Origin: a bacterium
GTDB taxonomy: Bacteria; Patescibacteriota; Gracilibacteria; UBA1369; PNNO01
Assembly (NCBI GenBank): GCA_013824265.1
Contig: PNNO01000001.1
Span: forward strand, 41,051 to 105,050
Direction of reading: 5' to 3'
DNA length: 64,000 bases
This document shows, one piece after another, positions 43,925 through 53,005 of the stretch (its first letter is position 1; each line of letters starts with the position of its first letter). The notes beneath the pieces are model-generated. The model made no database searches. It was not told the origin of the DNA and was given only the letters and a program-made list of their open reading frames with translations. The translations under genes and the position numbers were made by a program.

Positions 43925-46900
43925 TTAGTTATGCCTTGCCCTGTAATAGACCACTAAGTTCCAGTCATCAATATTCTGATTACAGTTGTTGTCTATTCCC
44001 CATAACACGTATTGGTCCCCGGCAACATCTATATTTAATGCATTACTGTTATGTGCCTGTCCGGTAAGTGTGGCAGCCACAGTGCTTTCAAGAGAGTAAT
44101 TATCATCATTAGCATTGCTTCCGGTAGACCATATTTCAATATCAAAAGATCCGCTGGTACAAGCATCGTCATCTTCAGAAAAACCATAACCTGTTATGGT
44201 AATATTTCTAGGGACATAGAAACCTAAATCCGTCGCGGTATCGGGACCAAGCGCATCTCCCCAATCGACATTACAGTTCGCACTACTTCCGGGATCAGCC
44301 CCCGCATTACAAGTTCCCGTATCTTCACCAAACATAACAGACTCGGAAACCGACAGCCATTTGGTTCTTGTTCCATCACATATATACAAAAGCCCTGTGT
44401 CTGTATCCATCCATTGTCTTCCGGAAACACCAGCAGTACAAGCAACAGGAGGATTGGCACTTTGCTCAGTTCTAAATGAAAGCTGATTATCAAATGTAGA
44501 AATCAATCCTGCGGCACTATTCCATCCAAACAATCTGTTCAAATCCGTACCAAACTGAAGCGTAACATTTCCACCGCTTCCATCCTGATCAAGTATAAAA
44601 TTATCAGCATCTGTACCACTTATGGAAGTTGAACCACTCTCGTCAATCCTGTTCCAATCCGCAGCGCCAACGGCACTATCAACCAAAATCCAGCTTTGCT
44701 TGGAAACGGTATTTATCCAAACAGTACCAACATAATAGCCATCATTTCTATCATCGTTTACAGTTGGATCTGCAGTTGCCCTGTGGTTGCTAACATCATT
44801 TTTACTGTTTGTACTTGCATCGGAAATTACAGTCGTAACATTTGTAAATCTATTCTCCTGAAGATGATTCCTTTCCTGCGTAGCAGCGCTTAAACTAATA
44901 CCAACGTCCCAAGGATTTGTACCACCTGATATATTATTATTTGAAAAAGCGTTATCGTCCGCGTCACCCTCAACCAAGAAACCATAAGTAGTTCCCGCAG
45001 GATTGGAAGAACCTAAAACGGAATTATTTTCGAATGAATTTCTGTGCACCTGAGTATTGGTTGTATCCCCCACCACGAATCCATACATAAACCCAACTCC
45101 GCCGTTTGCTTCTCCATCAATAATATTTGCATTAAATATACTGTCTACCGTGCTGGAACCGCCTGTAAGACTAAAAGTATCTATACCTATACCAATTGCC
45201 GTTGCAGACAAAGAACCGCTAAACACATTCGCATTCATGTTAACGTTACTAACATCCCCCATAAATATTCCGTAAGCACCCGTCCCGCCAACACCCATTC
45301 TGGAAGCTCTGTTGTTAAATAATGAGCTATCATCCGCACCAACAAACACGTATCCGGTCTCCCTTATATAATCAACGTTGTTTCCTTCCACAAGGGCATT
45401 TTGCACTCTGTTTCCATAACCCCAAACACCATTAATACGTGCGTCGGAAGTAACATGAATTCCATCTGTAAAATAATTTCCGGCACCATTACCAAAAACT
45501 CTTACATTCTTTATAACAGGCCTAACAAGATCACTTGCACTGCCGTCAAGAAATTGTATGCCGATTCGTGCCGCCGCATCTCCACTACCCGAAGCCCCGG
45601 CCTTTTTCTGGACCGTAACATTATATATTTGATTATCATTTCCTCCGGCGACTCTAATGCCGTGGATTTCGGAAGACACTTCCAATTTGAAATCTTTTAA
45701 AACAACGTCATTTGAAGGAGCTGTCCCATTTGTTGCGCCAATTTGAATTGCCGCAGTAGAATCTGCTATCCCGGCAAAACCGGACGCCGATATTATGGAA
45801 GAATCTCCATATCCAACTAGTTGTATACTGTCACCATTTATTGTAATTGGCTGAGTTATTGAATGAGTGCCTGGCAAAATTGTTATCAACCCACCTTTCC
45901 CTGTAAACTCAAGACTGTCTATTGCGCCCTGTAAATTCATGTCCGGAGAAACTATAATTGAATTTGAAGGAACAGATTTTATTATTCCGGTCGTATTAAC
46001 ATTTCCACCGGCAACAAGGCTTACACTCCAATCAGACATCTGAAGGGACTTATCCGCACTTCTGCTGTCAACGAATATCGTGGAAGTTGGATTTAAATTT
46101 CCGCCAGCTATTGTTTTTAATATTTTTCCAAGACCAGCAGACTCATAACATTTTATAAATTTCATTACCACGGTAGGAGCCGTGCCGGCGGTACTGTCGA
46201 TTAACGAATCTCCGCTGTCCTGAATATCAAAATCAACCCACTCAAAAGCAAGAGCATTTGATCCTGCCGCAACATCAATCGCCATTGAAGCGTCAATTGC
46301 ATTTATATCAAGCTTTAAATTTTTAAAAGCCGTGTCAAAAGAATCTATCTGCCCCGCACCTGAAATCTGAATTATAGTGTTACTATCATCTTTCCCAATT
46401 AGCGTTATATTTCTTAAATTAACCGGATTTGTTATTTGATGTGTCTGAGCCGCAAGAAGCATTATTCCTCCGGAAAGCGTATTTAAATACCCGGCAGCAT
46501 TTGCTATGGTTGCATAATCCGAATTAACCGTACCAACAGTGATAACCTTTGAAGCACTTGTAGCAATTTCAGTTATATCAATCCAGTCTGTGCCATCACA
46601 AACATAAGTTTTTTTATCAACTGTGTTGTGGTACATACGCCCCGGATATGTATTGTTGCAAAGAGGATCACTGGCTGCGTTCTCAACACGGAAATCTTTT
46701 ATTTGATTCCCCTCAAGACTTAAATTGGCATTAAACGAGAAAGATGAATCTACGCTGTCCCAAATTAAATATTTATTAATTGCACTACCAAACTGGAGCT
46801 TTATATCTCCACCCGTATCATCCCCGTCAATTACAAAAATATTGTCGATTTCGTCCTGCTTATCTGTATTAATAACCGTTGTTCCTTGCGCATAAACAGA

Positions 46901-46966
46901 CGTTGCCTGTAAAATAAGCACCGTAAGTATAATTCCTGTTTTTTTAAAAAATCCTTCCAATTTCAT
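43925..46966 (-). CDS. Large secreted right-handed beta-helix protein (pectate-lyase/tailspike-like) with terminal DDTGGD-LQFG modules
   Basis: The protein has a signal peptide (ILTVLILQATSVYAQ). Its long central region has G/N/V/I-rich repeats of about 22-25 residues typical of parallel beta-helices (for example NNVDYIRETGYVFVG, ADDSSLFNNRASRMG, GIFMGDVSNVNMNANVFSG). The N-terminal 130 aa are collinear with the neighbouring 346-aa protein, and a related module recurs near the C-terminus. Confidence 0.65.
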   Translation of the reverse strand: MKLEGFFKKTGIILTVLILQATSVYAQGTTVINTDKQDEIDNIFVIDGDDTGGDIKLQFGSAINKYLIWDSVDSSFSFNANLSLEGNQIKDFRVENAASDPLCNNTYPGRMYHNTVDKKTYVCDGTDWIDITEIATSASKVITVGTVNSDYATIANAAGYLNTLSGGIMLLAAQTHQITNPVNLRNITLIGKDDSNTIIQISGAGQIDSFDTAFKNLKLDINAIDASMAIDVAAGSNALAFEWVDFDIQDSGDSLIDSTAGTAPTVVMKFIKCYESAGLGKILKTIAGGNLNPTSTIFVDSRSADKSLQMSDWSVSLVAGGNVNTTGIIKSVPSNSIIVSPDMNLQGAIDSLEFTGKGGLITILPGTHSITQPITINGDSIQLVGYGDSSIISASGFAGIADSTAAIQIGATNGTAPSNDVVLKDFKLEVSSEIHGIRVAGGNDNQIYNVTVQKKAGASGSGDAAARIGIQFLDGSASDLVRPVIKNVRVFGNGAGNYFTDGIHVTSDARINGVWGYGNRVQNALVEGNNVDYIRETGYVFVGADDSSLFNNRASRMGVGGTGAYGIFMGDVSNVNMNANVFSGSLSATAIGIGIDTFSLTGGSSTVDSIFNANIIDGEANGGVGFMYGFVVGDTTNTQVHRNSFENNSVLGSSNPAGTTYGFLVEGDADDNAFSNNNISGGTNPWDVGISLSAATQERNHLQENRFTNVTTVISDASTNSKNDVSNHRATADPTVNDDRNDGYYVGTVWINTVSKQSWILVDSAVGAADWNRIDESGSTSISGTDADNFILDQDGSGGNVTLQFGTDLNRLFGWNSAAGLISTFDNQLSFRTEQSANPPVACTAGVSGRQWMDTDTGLLYICDGTRTKWLSVSESVMFGEDTGTCNAGADPGSSANCNVDWGDALGPDTATDLGFYVPRNITITGYGFSEDDDACTSGSFDIEIWSTGSNANDDNYSLESTVAATLTGQAHNSNALNIDVAGDQYVLWGIDNNCNQNIDDWNLVVYYRARHN

Positions 46967-46980
46967 TTTGTTTTACTAAA

Positions 46981-48021
46981 TTACTCAAGGTGAATTATAG
47001 CATCCAGAAAACCTCCACTGCAAGCTGTTACAGCAGATCCAATGATTTTCGTAGAACTCCCTCCGGCCTTTGCTGCGCCCACAACCGAGGATGTTTGTAT
47101 AAGCTCTCCAACATTAACGGCCCCGGTACACATAACTGTCCCTTTTCCTATCAAAATTGCATTAACGATTTCTCCGTGAGCCGTATCATTTACTGCAACC
47201 CCTATTGGCTGATCATTTTGAGAAACAGTTAACATAACCGCATTAACTTCAGTCGGATCAATTTGTAAAACATGCCCGGCTAAAATAGTGTTTCCAACAC
47301 CTTCCTGCCCATTATTAAAACTAACAACAAACCCACCTTCGCCAACCGACACATCTCCATTTTCAATATTAAGCCCACCAACAGCATATATATTACTCCA
47401 TCTAAGATCTTCCGAGCCCAAAGAATACATATTATCAACAGCCGGAAGAAGATCTCCATCAACTTTTAACCCATCGGAAAGATAAAATCTGCCTTCCGAA
47501 TCATCCCAAACCAAATATTCATTCAATAGATCTCCAAACTGCAATACAACATCTCCCCCGGTATCATCCTGGTCCAAAACGAAAGTATTACTATCAACAC
47601 CGGTGATGGCTGATCCTGCAGGGATATCTATTTGCTCCCAGTCAGTCCCATTACAAATATATGAATTTAAATTGACCGTATTGTGATATAACCGCCCTAT
47701 TGCCGACCCGTCGCAAGTAGGAATAGATGACAAATTATCTATTCTAAAATTCTTAATTTCGTTTCCCTGTAAATAAACATCGTCGTTAAAAGAAAAATAA
47801 TCACTTGCACTGTCCCATTCCAAATATTTATCAAGAGTTCCTCCGAATTGAAGTTTTATATCTCCACCGGTGTCATCAGCGTCCAGAACAAGAGTGTTAT
47901 CAAGCTGCTCAATATCAGTGTTTATTAAGAGCACGCCCTGCGCATATACAACAACGTTTCCAACACAAATCATCATAATGATTTGAGAAAATGCCAATAT
48001 TGTTTTTATTTTTGTATTCAT
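46981..48021 (-). CDS. Secreted protein sharing the DDTGGD-LQFG N-terminal module, with a tail-fibre-like C-terminal region
   Basis: The protein has a signal peptide (MMICVGNVVVYAQ). Module 1 covers aa 44-132 and a half module covers aa 147-183. The motif YSLGSEDLRWSNIY follows, and then a Gly/Val-rich beta domain. Confidence 0.6.
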   Translation of the reverse strand: MNTKIKTILAFSQIIMMICVGNVVVYAQGVLLINTDIEQLDNTLVLDADDTGGDIKLQFGGTLDKYLEWDSASDYFSFNDDVYLQGNEIKNFRIDNLSSIPTCDGSAIGRLYHNTVNLNSYICNGTDWEQIDIPAGSAITGVDSNTFVLDQDDTGGDVVLQFGDLLNEYLVWDDSEGRFYLSDGLKVDGDLLPAVDNMYSLGSEDLRWSNIYAVGGLNIENGDVSVGEGGFVVSFNNGQEGVGNTILAGHVLQIDPTEVNAVMLTVSQNDQPIGVAVNDTAHGEIVNAILIGKGTVMCTGAVNVGELIQTSSVVGAAKAGGSSTKIIGSAVTACSGGFLDAIIHLE

Positions 48022-48146
48022 AAATTCAAATAATCTATAGATTATAACATAAAATCAGTTTTTTTGGAATACCAAATACTACCAAACGGGAGCTTGGAGA
48101 TTAAAAAAACAACATAAAAACAGACCACTGACACCCTCCATTTTAC

Positions 48147-49493
48147 TTATTTTAAAAGACGACTCTCTATTCCTTTCGCATATTTTCTAATCATATGATC
48201 TGTAATTGTTCCTGTTTTGCAGATTTCGGAATAAACCTGACTACTGGATTTTGGAATTCTTTCAAATGTCCTGTGACTCATAGATAACAAACCAAACGGT
48301 TGAGTGTACCCTTCCGCCCATTCAAAATTATCCATAAAAGACCAATATAAATATCCTTTAACATCCACCCCTTCACGCATAGCTCTATTTACAGCATCCA
48401 AATGCCTTATTATGTAAGAAATCCTTTGCGTATCATCAAGCGTGGAAATTCCGTTTTCCGAAACAAAAATAGGCTTTCTTGCTTTTCTGTAAATAATTTT
48501 CAAAAGATAATAAAGTCCCTCCGGAAAAACCTCCCAATTAAACAAAGTTCTCTCTATCCCTTCTCCGGCATGCGCTTTCATATGAAGCGGAGATTTAAAA
48601 ATCGAAAATTTACAGCTACATCTAAAATAATAATTTACTCCAATAAAATCCAAACTTTCCTTTACGCTGTGAATCTTTCCAAAGCCAAATAAAAGCGGAG
48701 ACCTACCAGTATAAAAAGGCTTAAAATAAAGTTTATTATAAAAATATTGATATGCCCGCGACAAGAATCTGTCCATCATGCTTTCCTTATTGTCCGGATC
48801 AAACCAGACAAGACTTTTTGCAAAACCAACTTCCGGATTTCCCCAACCATTGTTTCTGTATTCCTCTTTTATAATTTGATAAGCATCAATATGAACATGT
48901 AAAAGCTCCTTTAAAACTTTAAGAGATTTTATAATGCTGCGTTCTCCCGGAGGCCAAAGCCCTTCCCAGTAACCAAAACTTGTATAAACATAAGGCTCGT
49001 TTATAGTCATCCAATATTTAACAAGATCCCCAAGTTCACTTACAATTCTTCTTACGTATCTGTTAAAAATCTTTCTTCCGTCGGGATTTAAAAAACCACC
49101 CTGCTTTGCAAACCAATAAGGCAAAGTAAAGTGAAAAAGCGTAACCATGGGCTCTATCCCCTGCTTTCTTAATTCCAAAAGAACATTCCTGTAATGATTT
49201 ATTTCCGTTTTATTAAAATGCCCTTCCGTTGGCTCTATCCTGCTCCATTCAATTGAAAGTCTGTGCATGGAATGATGCATTGTCTTCATCATCGCAAAAT
49301 CTTTTTTATAAAGATCATAATGATTACATGCATCTCCGGAGACCTGCCGATTTAAAACTTTCCCACGTTGCTCCCACTCCCACCAATCATTAAAAATATT
49401 CTGCCCTTCAACCTGATGAGCTGACATTGAAGTTCCCCAATAAAAACTTTTTGGAAATTTTATTTCGTAATGTTTTTTTTCTTTTTTCTCCAT
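48147..49493 (-). CDS. Glycoside hydrolase family 1 (beta-glucosidase/beta-galactosidase type)
   Basis: The GH1 start is present (FPKSFYWGTSMSAHQVEG). The acid/base motif is TINEPYVY and the nucleophile motif is FVSENGIS. Confidence 0.88.
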   Translation of the reverse strand: MEKKEKKHYEIKFPKSFYWGTSMSAHQVEGQNIFNDWWEWEQRGKVLNRQVSGDACNHYDLYKKDFAMMKTMHHSMHRLSIEWSRIEPTEGHFNKTEINHYRNVLLELRKQGIEPMVTLFHFTLPYWFAKQGGFLNPDGRKIFNRYVRRIVSELGDLVKYWMTINEPYVYTSFGYWEGLWPPGERSIIKSLKVLKELLHVHIDAYQIIKEEYRNNGWGNPEVGFAKSLVWFDPDNKESMMDRFLSRAYQYFYNKLYFKPFYTGRSPLLFGFGKIHSVKESLDFIGVNYYFRCSCKFSIFKSPLHMKAHAGEGIERTLFNWEVFPEGLYYLLKIIYRKARKPIFVSENGISTLDDTQRISYIIRHLDAVNRAMREGVDVKGYLYWSFMDNFEWAEGYTQPFGLLSMSHRTFERIPKSSSQVYSEICKTGTITDHMIRKYAKGIESRLLK

Positions 49494-49565
49494 TTTGTAT
49501 TACTAGCTGTTGCCTTAAAGTATAGCAAATTTTACAATAGAGTCGAACTTTAAAAACAAAGCATT

Positions 49566-50087
49566 ATGGATCTACAATCAAAAAAAGTAATTATGATAAT
49601 AGCGCCGGAAAACTTCCGTGATGAAGAATATTTTCATGCGCGCGAAGCTCTTGAGAAAAGAGGAGTAAAAGTTGAAGTCGCAAGCACGCAGAAAAAAGCG
49701 GTAAGCGGAATTGAACATAAAGAAATTGAAGTTGATAAACTTGTAAGCGAAATAGACTCAAGTTACGACGCGATAGCTTTTGTTGGAGGCGGAGGGGCAA
49801 AGGTTTATTTTGAAAACGAAAAGGCTTTAGCTCTGGCAAAAACTTACTACGAAAGCGGAAAGATTGTAGCGGCAATCTGTATAGCACCTTTAATTCTTGG
49901 ACACGCCGGAATAATGCACGGGAAAAAAGCAACATGCTGGGAAAGCCACCAAGCGGAATTGGAAAACTTTGGAGCACACTTTACAGGAGAACTCGTTACC
50001 GTTGACGGAAAAATTATAACCGGAAACGGCCCAAAAGCAGCCTACAAATTTGGAGAAGCTATTGCTGACGCTCTTTATATTTTTTAA
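49566..50087 (+). CDS. DJ-1/PfpI family protein
   Basis: The fold is class I glutamine amidotransferase-like, with a nucleophile elbow (VAAICIAPLILGHAG). Confidence 0.85.
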   Translation: MDLQSKKVIMIIAPENFRDEEYFHAREALEKRGVKVEVASTQKKAVSGIEHKEIEVDKLVSEIDSSYDAIAFVGGGGAKVYFENEKALALAKTYYESGKIVAAICIAPLILGHAGIMHGKKATCWESHQAELENFGAHFTGELVTVDGKIITGNGPKAAYKFGEAIADALYIF

Positions 50088-50235
50088 GCTTATTGATAAA
50101 CTATAAAAATAAACCCTCCATATAGCCTGATTTTGGCTTATCGTACAATCATTTTGTTCAACAACCACTCATGTACCTACATGTATTTACCCGCGGCGAT
50201 TTTGCCCCTTTTTACCATACCGACTTTTCCGAAAA

Positions 50236-50283
50236 ACACCATATGTTGTATTTGGCCAAAAAGATATACGCTACATATACGGA
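50236..50283 (+). promoter_or_regulatory. Candidate tandem NrdR boxes upstream of the ribonucleotide reductase gene
   Basis: ACACCATATGTTGTAT (50236-50251) matches the remembered NrdR consensus acaCwAtATaTwGtgt at 13 of 16 positions. ACGCTACATATACGGA (50268-50283) matches at 11 of 16. The box starts are 32 bp apart, which is the known tandem spacing. Confidence 0.35.
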
Positions 50284-50468
50284 ATTTTTGCAACTAAACT
50301 TTGGGTTTTAATATTGCAATCAATTATTACGGTGACTATAGTCTAAATTGCATTATTCATTCGCGCTCAACAAGGCTTTCTAAAAACGGCCTGTATTGGA
50401 TGGAGGTAAAGCTCCTTGTCTTTATTTTTGCACCTCCTCGTATATCTCTTTAACCATTGAAAGCAAAC

Positions 50469-52979
50469 ATGTCCCCAATCAAAAAAATCCAGAAACGCGA
50501 CGGTCGAATTGTTGATTTTGACCAAGACAGAATCGCTCAGGCCATATGGAAAGCGGCACAAGCCGTTGGCGGAACCGATCCTTCGGAGGCTGAAAAAATT
50601 TCAAATCAGGTTGCAGCCGTTCTGGAAGTTTTCTTTAAAACCGATGACCAAATTCCAACTGTAGAACAAATACAAGATTTGGTTGAAAAGATTCTTATCG
50701 AGGGAGGACATGCAAAAACGGCGAAAGCTTACATCATATATAGACAAAAACGTGCTGAAGAAAGAGAAGAAAAAGAGGCAATTCTTGGATATGGAAACGG
50801 AGACGCTTCATTAAACTTTTCAACAAACGCACTTAAAGTACTTGAAAAAAGATATCTATTAAAAGACGATCAAGGTAATGCGCTTGAGACTCCCGAAGAC
50901 ATGTTAAGACGTGTTTCAAGAGCCGTCGCTTCAGCTGAAAAAAATTATGGTGGAAACGAACACGAGACGGAAGAAAAATTCTTTGAGATGATAAAAGAAC
51001 TTGAATTCCTGCCAAATTCTCCAACCCTTATGAATGCCGGAACCGAGATTGGACAGCTTTCCGCATGCTTTGTTCTTCCGGTTGAAGATTCAATGGAAGG
51101 AATTTTCGAAAGTTTAAAGGACGCAGCTCTTATACATAAAAGCGGAGGAGGAACAGGGTTTTCTTTCACAAGATTAAGACCTTCAAATGACCTTGTTCAT
51201 TCAACAACAGGGGTTTCATCCGGACCGGTTTCTTTTATGAAGGTTTTTGATGCCGCAACAGACGTTATTAAACAGGGAGGGAAAAGACGCGGAGCAAATA
51301 TGGGAATTTTAAAAATAGATCATCCGGATATTTTGGATTTCATCCAGATGAAGGCCGACATGAAAACTCTACAGAACTTTAACATCTCTGTTGCAGTTAC
51401 GGATAAATTCATGGAAGCTCTTGAAAAAGACGGAGAATATGACCTTATAAACCCACGCGACGGCCAACCTGTACAAAGCATGAGAGCAAGAATGGTTTGG
51501 GATATTATCCTTTCAAACGCATGGAAAAATGGTGATCCTGGACTTTTGTTCATCGACGAGATAAACAGAAAAAACACATGTCCTCATCTTGGAGAAATTG
51601 AAGCTACAAACCCATGCGGAGAACAACCTCTTCTAGCTTACGAAAGTTGTAATCTTGGATCAATAAATCTAAATAAATTCGTAAATGAAGATTCTACGGA
51701 TATAGACTGGGATAAGCTTAGAGAAACAGTACATTTGGCAGTACACTTTTTGGATAACGTAATCGATATAAATCATTATCCAATAAATAAGATTGCGGAA
51801 AAAACAAGAAGTACAAGAAAAATCGGACTTGGATTAATGGGATTTGCAGACATACTTTATCAATTAAAAATTAAGTACGACAGTGAAGACGGAATAAAAT
51901 TCGGAGAGCAAGTTATGCAGTTTATAGATTCTGAAGCAAGAAAAAAATCAATGCTACTTGCTGAAGCACGCGGTACATTCCCTGCGTACGAAGGCTCCGT
52001 ACACGACAAAAAAGGAATCAAAATGAGAAATACATGTGTGACAACAGTTGCCCCAACCGGAACAATCGGAATGCTTGCTGAAGCATCCGGAGGACTTGAA
52101 CCTAACTTCGCCATATCATTCATCAAGAATGTTATGGATGGAACCGAACTTGTTTACACAAATAAATATTTTGAAGAAGCTGCGCAAAAATACGGTTTCT
52201 TCTCAAGAGAACTTATGCGTGAAATAGCAAAAGTAGGATCTGTACAAAACTTTGAAGAGATCCCTCAAGAAATTAGAGACGTGTTTGTTACAGCTCAGGA
52301 TATTGCACCTGAATGGCACATAAGAATGCAGGCTGCCTTCCAAAAGCACGTTGATTCGTCCGTTTCAAAAACAATCAACTTCCCTACCGAAGCACAAATA
52401 AATGACATCGAAGATGCTTACAAATTGGCTTACAAACTTGGATGTAAAGGTGTGACGATATACAGAGACAAGAGCCGTGAATCTCAAGTTCTAAACATTG
52501 GAAAGGTTAATAAGAAAAAAGAAGAAGCTGTAGCACCAAAACCTGTGCAAAAATCTATTCCTGTCCAGGAAGTTTTGCAATCAGAAACAGTTCATACTCA
52601 CAGCGTTGAAGAAAAACATGTTGCAAGTGAACCACGTGCACACGGAAGAGTTGAATCAAGCGTACAAAATGCGCAAGAAGTAATGCTTCCATTTGTTAAC
52701 GATAACGATTTCGAAAAAGCACAAAACAATGAAAGTTCTTTTCAGAAAAACAATTCATCCGAGTATGGTTCAATGGTAGAAGAGTTTACTCTTCCTCCAA
52801 TACAGCCACAAAGAGAGTCAAGATCTATTGGAGCTGTGAGCGTTATTACACAGCCAAAAATGCTGACTAAAAAAGAAATGATGGAAGGAAAAATTTGTCC
52901 TGAATGCGGTACCTCTTTACAAATTGGTGAAGGATGCATATTATGCCTTGGGTGCGGGTTCTCAGCGTGTAGTATTTAG
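50469..52979 (+). CDS. nrdJ: Class II (adenosylcobalamin-dependent) ribonucleotide reductase with an N-terminal ATP-cone and a C-terminal zinc ribbon
   Basis: The ATP-cone is present (IKKIQKRDGRIVDFDQDRIAQAIWKA). The catalytic core contains LSACFVLPVEDSMEGI, TNPCGEQPLLAYESCNLGSINL and VSKTINFP. The C-terminal zinc ribbon is CPECG...CILCLGCGFSACS. An alternative TTG start is at 50457. Confidence 0.88.
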   Translation: MSPIKKIQKRDGRIVDFDQDRIAQAIWKAAQAVGGTDPSEAEKISNQVAAVLEVFFKTDDQIPTVEQIQDLVEKILIEGGHAKTAKAYIIYRQKRAEEREEKEAILGYGNGDASLNFSTNALKVLEKRYLLKDDQGNALETPEDMLRRVSRAVASAEKNYGGNEHETEEKFFEMIKELEFLPNSPTLMNAGTEIGQLSACFVLPVEDSMEGIFESLKDAALIHKSGGGTGFSFTRLRPSNDLVHSTTGVSSGPVSFMKVFDAATDVIKQGGKRRGANMGILKIDHPDILDFIQMKADMKTLQNFNISVAVTDKFMEALEKDGEYDLINPRDGQPVQSMRARMVWDIILSNAWKNGDPGLLFIDEINRKNTCPHLGEIEATNPCGEQPLLAYESCNLGSINLNKFVNEDSTDIDWDKLRETVHLAVHFLDNVIDINHYPINKIAEKTRSTRKIGLGLMGFADILYQLKIKYDSEDGIKFGEQVMQFIDSEARKKSMLLAEARGTFPAYEGSVHDKKGIKMRNTCVTTVAPTGTIGMLAEASGGLEPNFAISFIKNVMDGTELVYTNKYFEEAAQKYGFFSRELMREIAKVGSVQNFEEIPQEIRDVFVTAQDIAPEWHIRMQAAFQKHVDSSVSKTINFPTEAQINDIEDAYKLAYKLGCKGVTIYRDKSRESQVLNIGKVNKKKEEAVAPKPVQKSIPVQEVLQSETVHTHSVEEKHVASEPRAHGRVESSVQNAQEVMLPFVNDNDFEKAQNNESSFQKNNSSEYGSMVEEFTLPPIQPQRESRSIGAVSVITQPKMLTKKEMMEGKICPECGTSLQIGEGCILCLGCGFSACSI

Positions 52980-53005
52980 TATCATCTAACCCCCCTTTGC
53001 TTGAG

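Noticed and set aside
43825-44067. An 80-aa plus-strand ORF starting inside tRNA-Glu.
   Set aside because: Its first 60 nt are the tRNA itself. The remainder is antisense to the 3' end of the beta-helix gene.
43925-48021. A diversity-generating retroelement or prophage origin for the paralogous modules in the beta-helix gene pair.
   Set aside because: No reverse transcriptase or template-repeat-like non-coding copy is nearby. By eye, the DNA differences between module copies are spread over all bases rather than confined to adenine positions. No phage capsid, portal, terminase or integrase genes flank the pair.
50172-50297. A 41-codon ORF (MYLHVFTRGDFAPFYHTTFPKNTICC...) in the nrdJ upstream spacer.
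   Set aside because: It has no SD and an odd composition, and it overlaps the candidate NrdR boxes. I have no support beyond being open, so I treat it as non-coding.
50088-50456. A cobalamin riboswitch upstream of the B12-dependent RNR.
   Set aside because: I could not find a B12-box-like conserved core. In addition, B12 riboswitches normally repress B12-independent isozymes or transport genes, not nrdJ.
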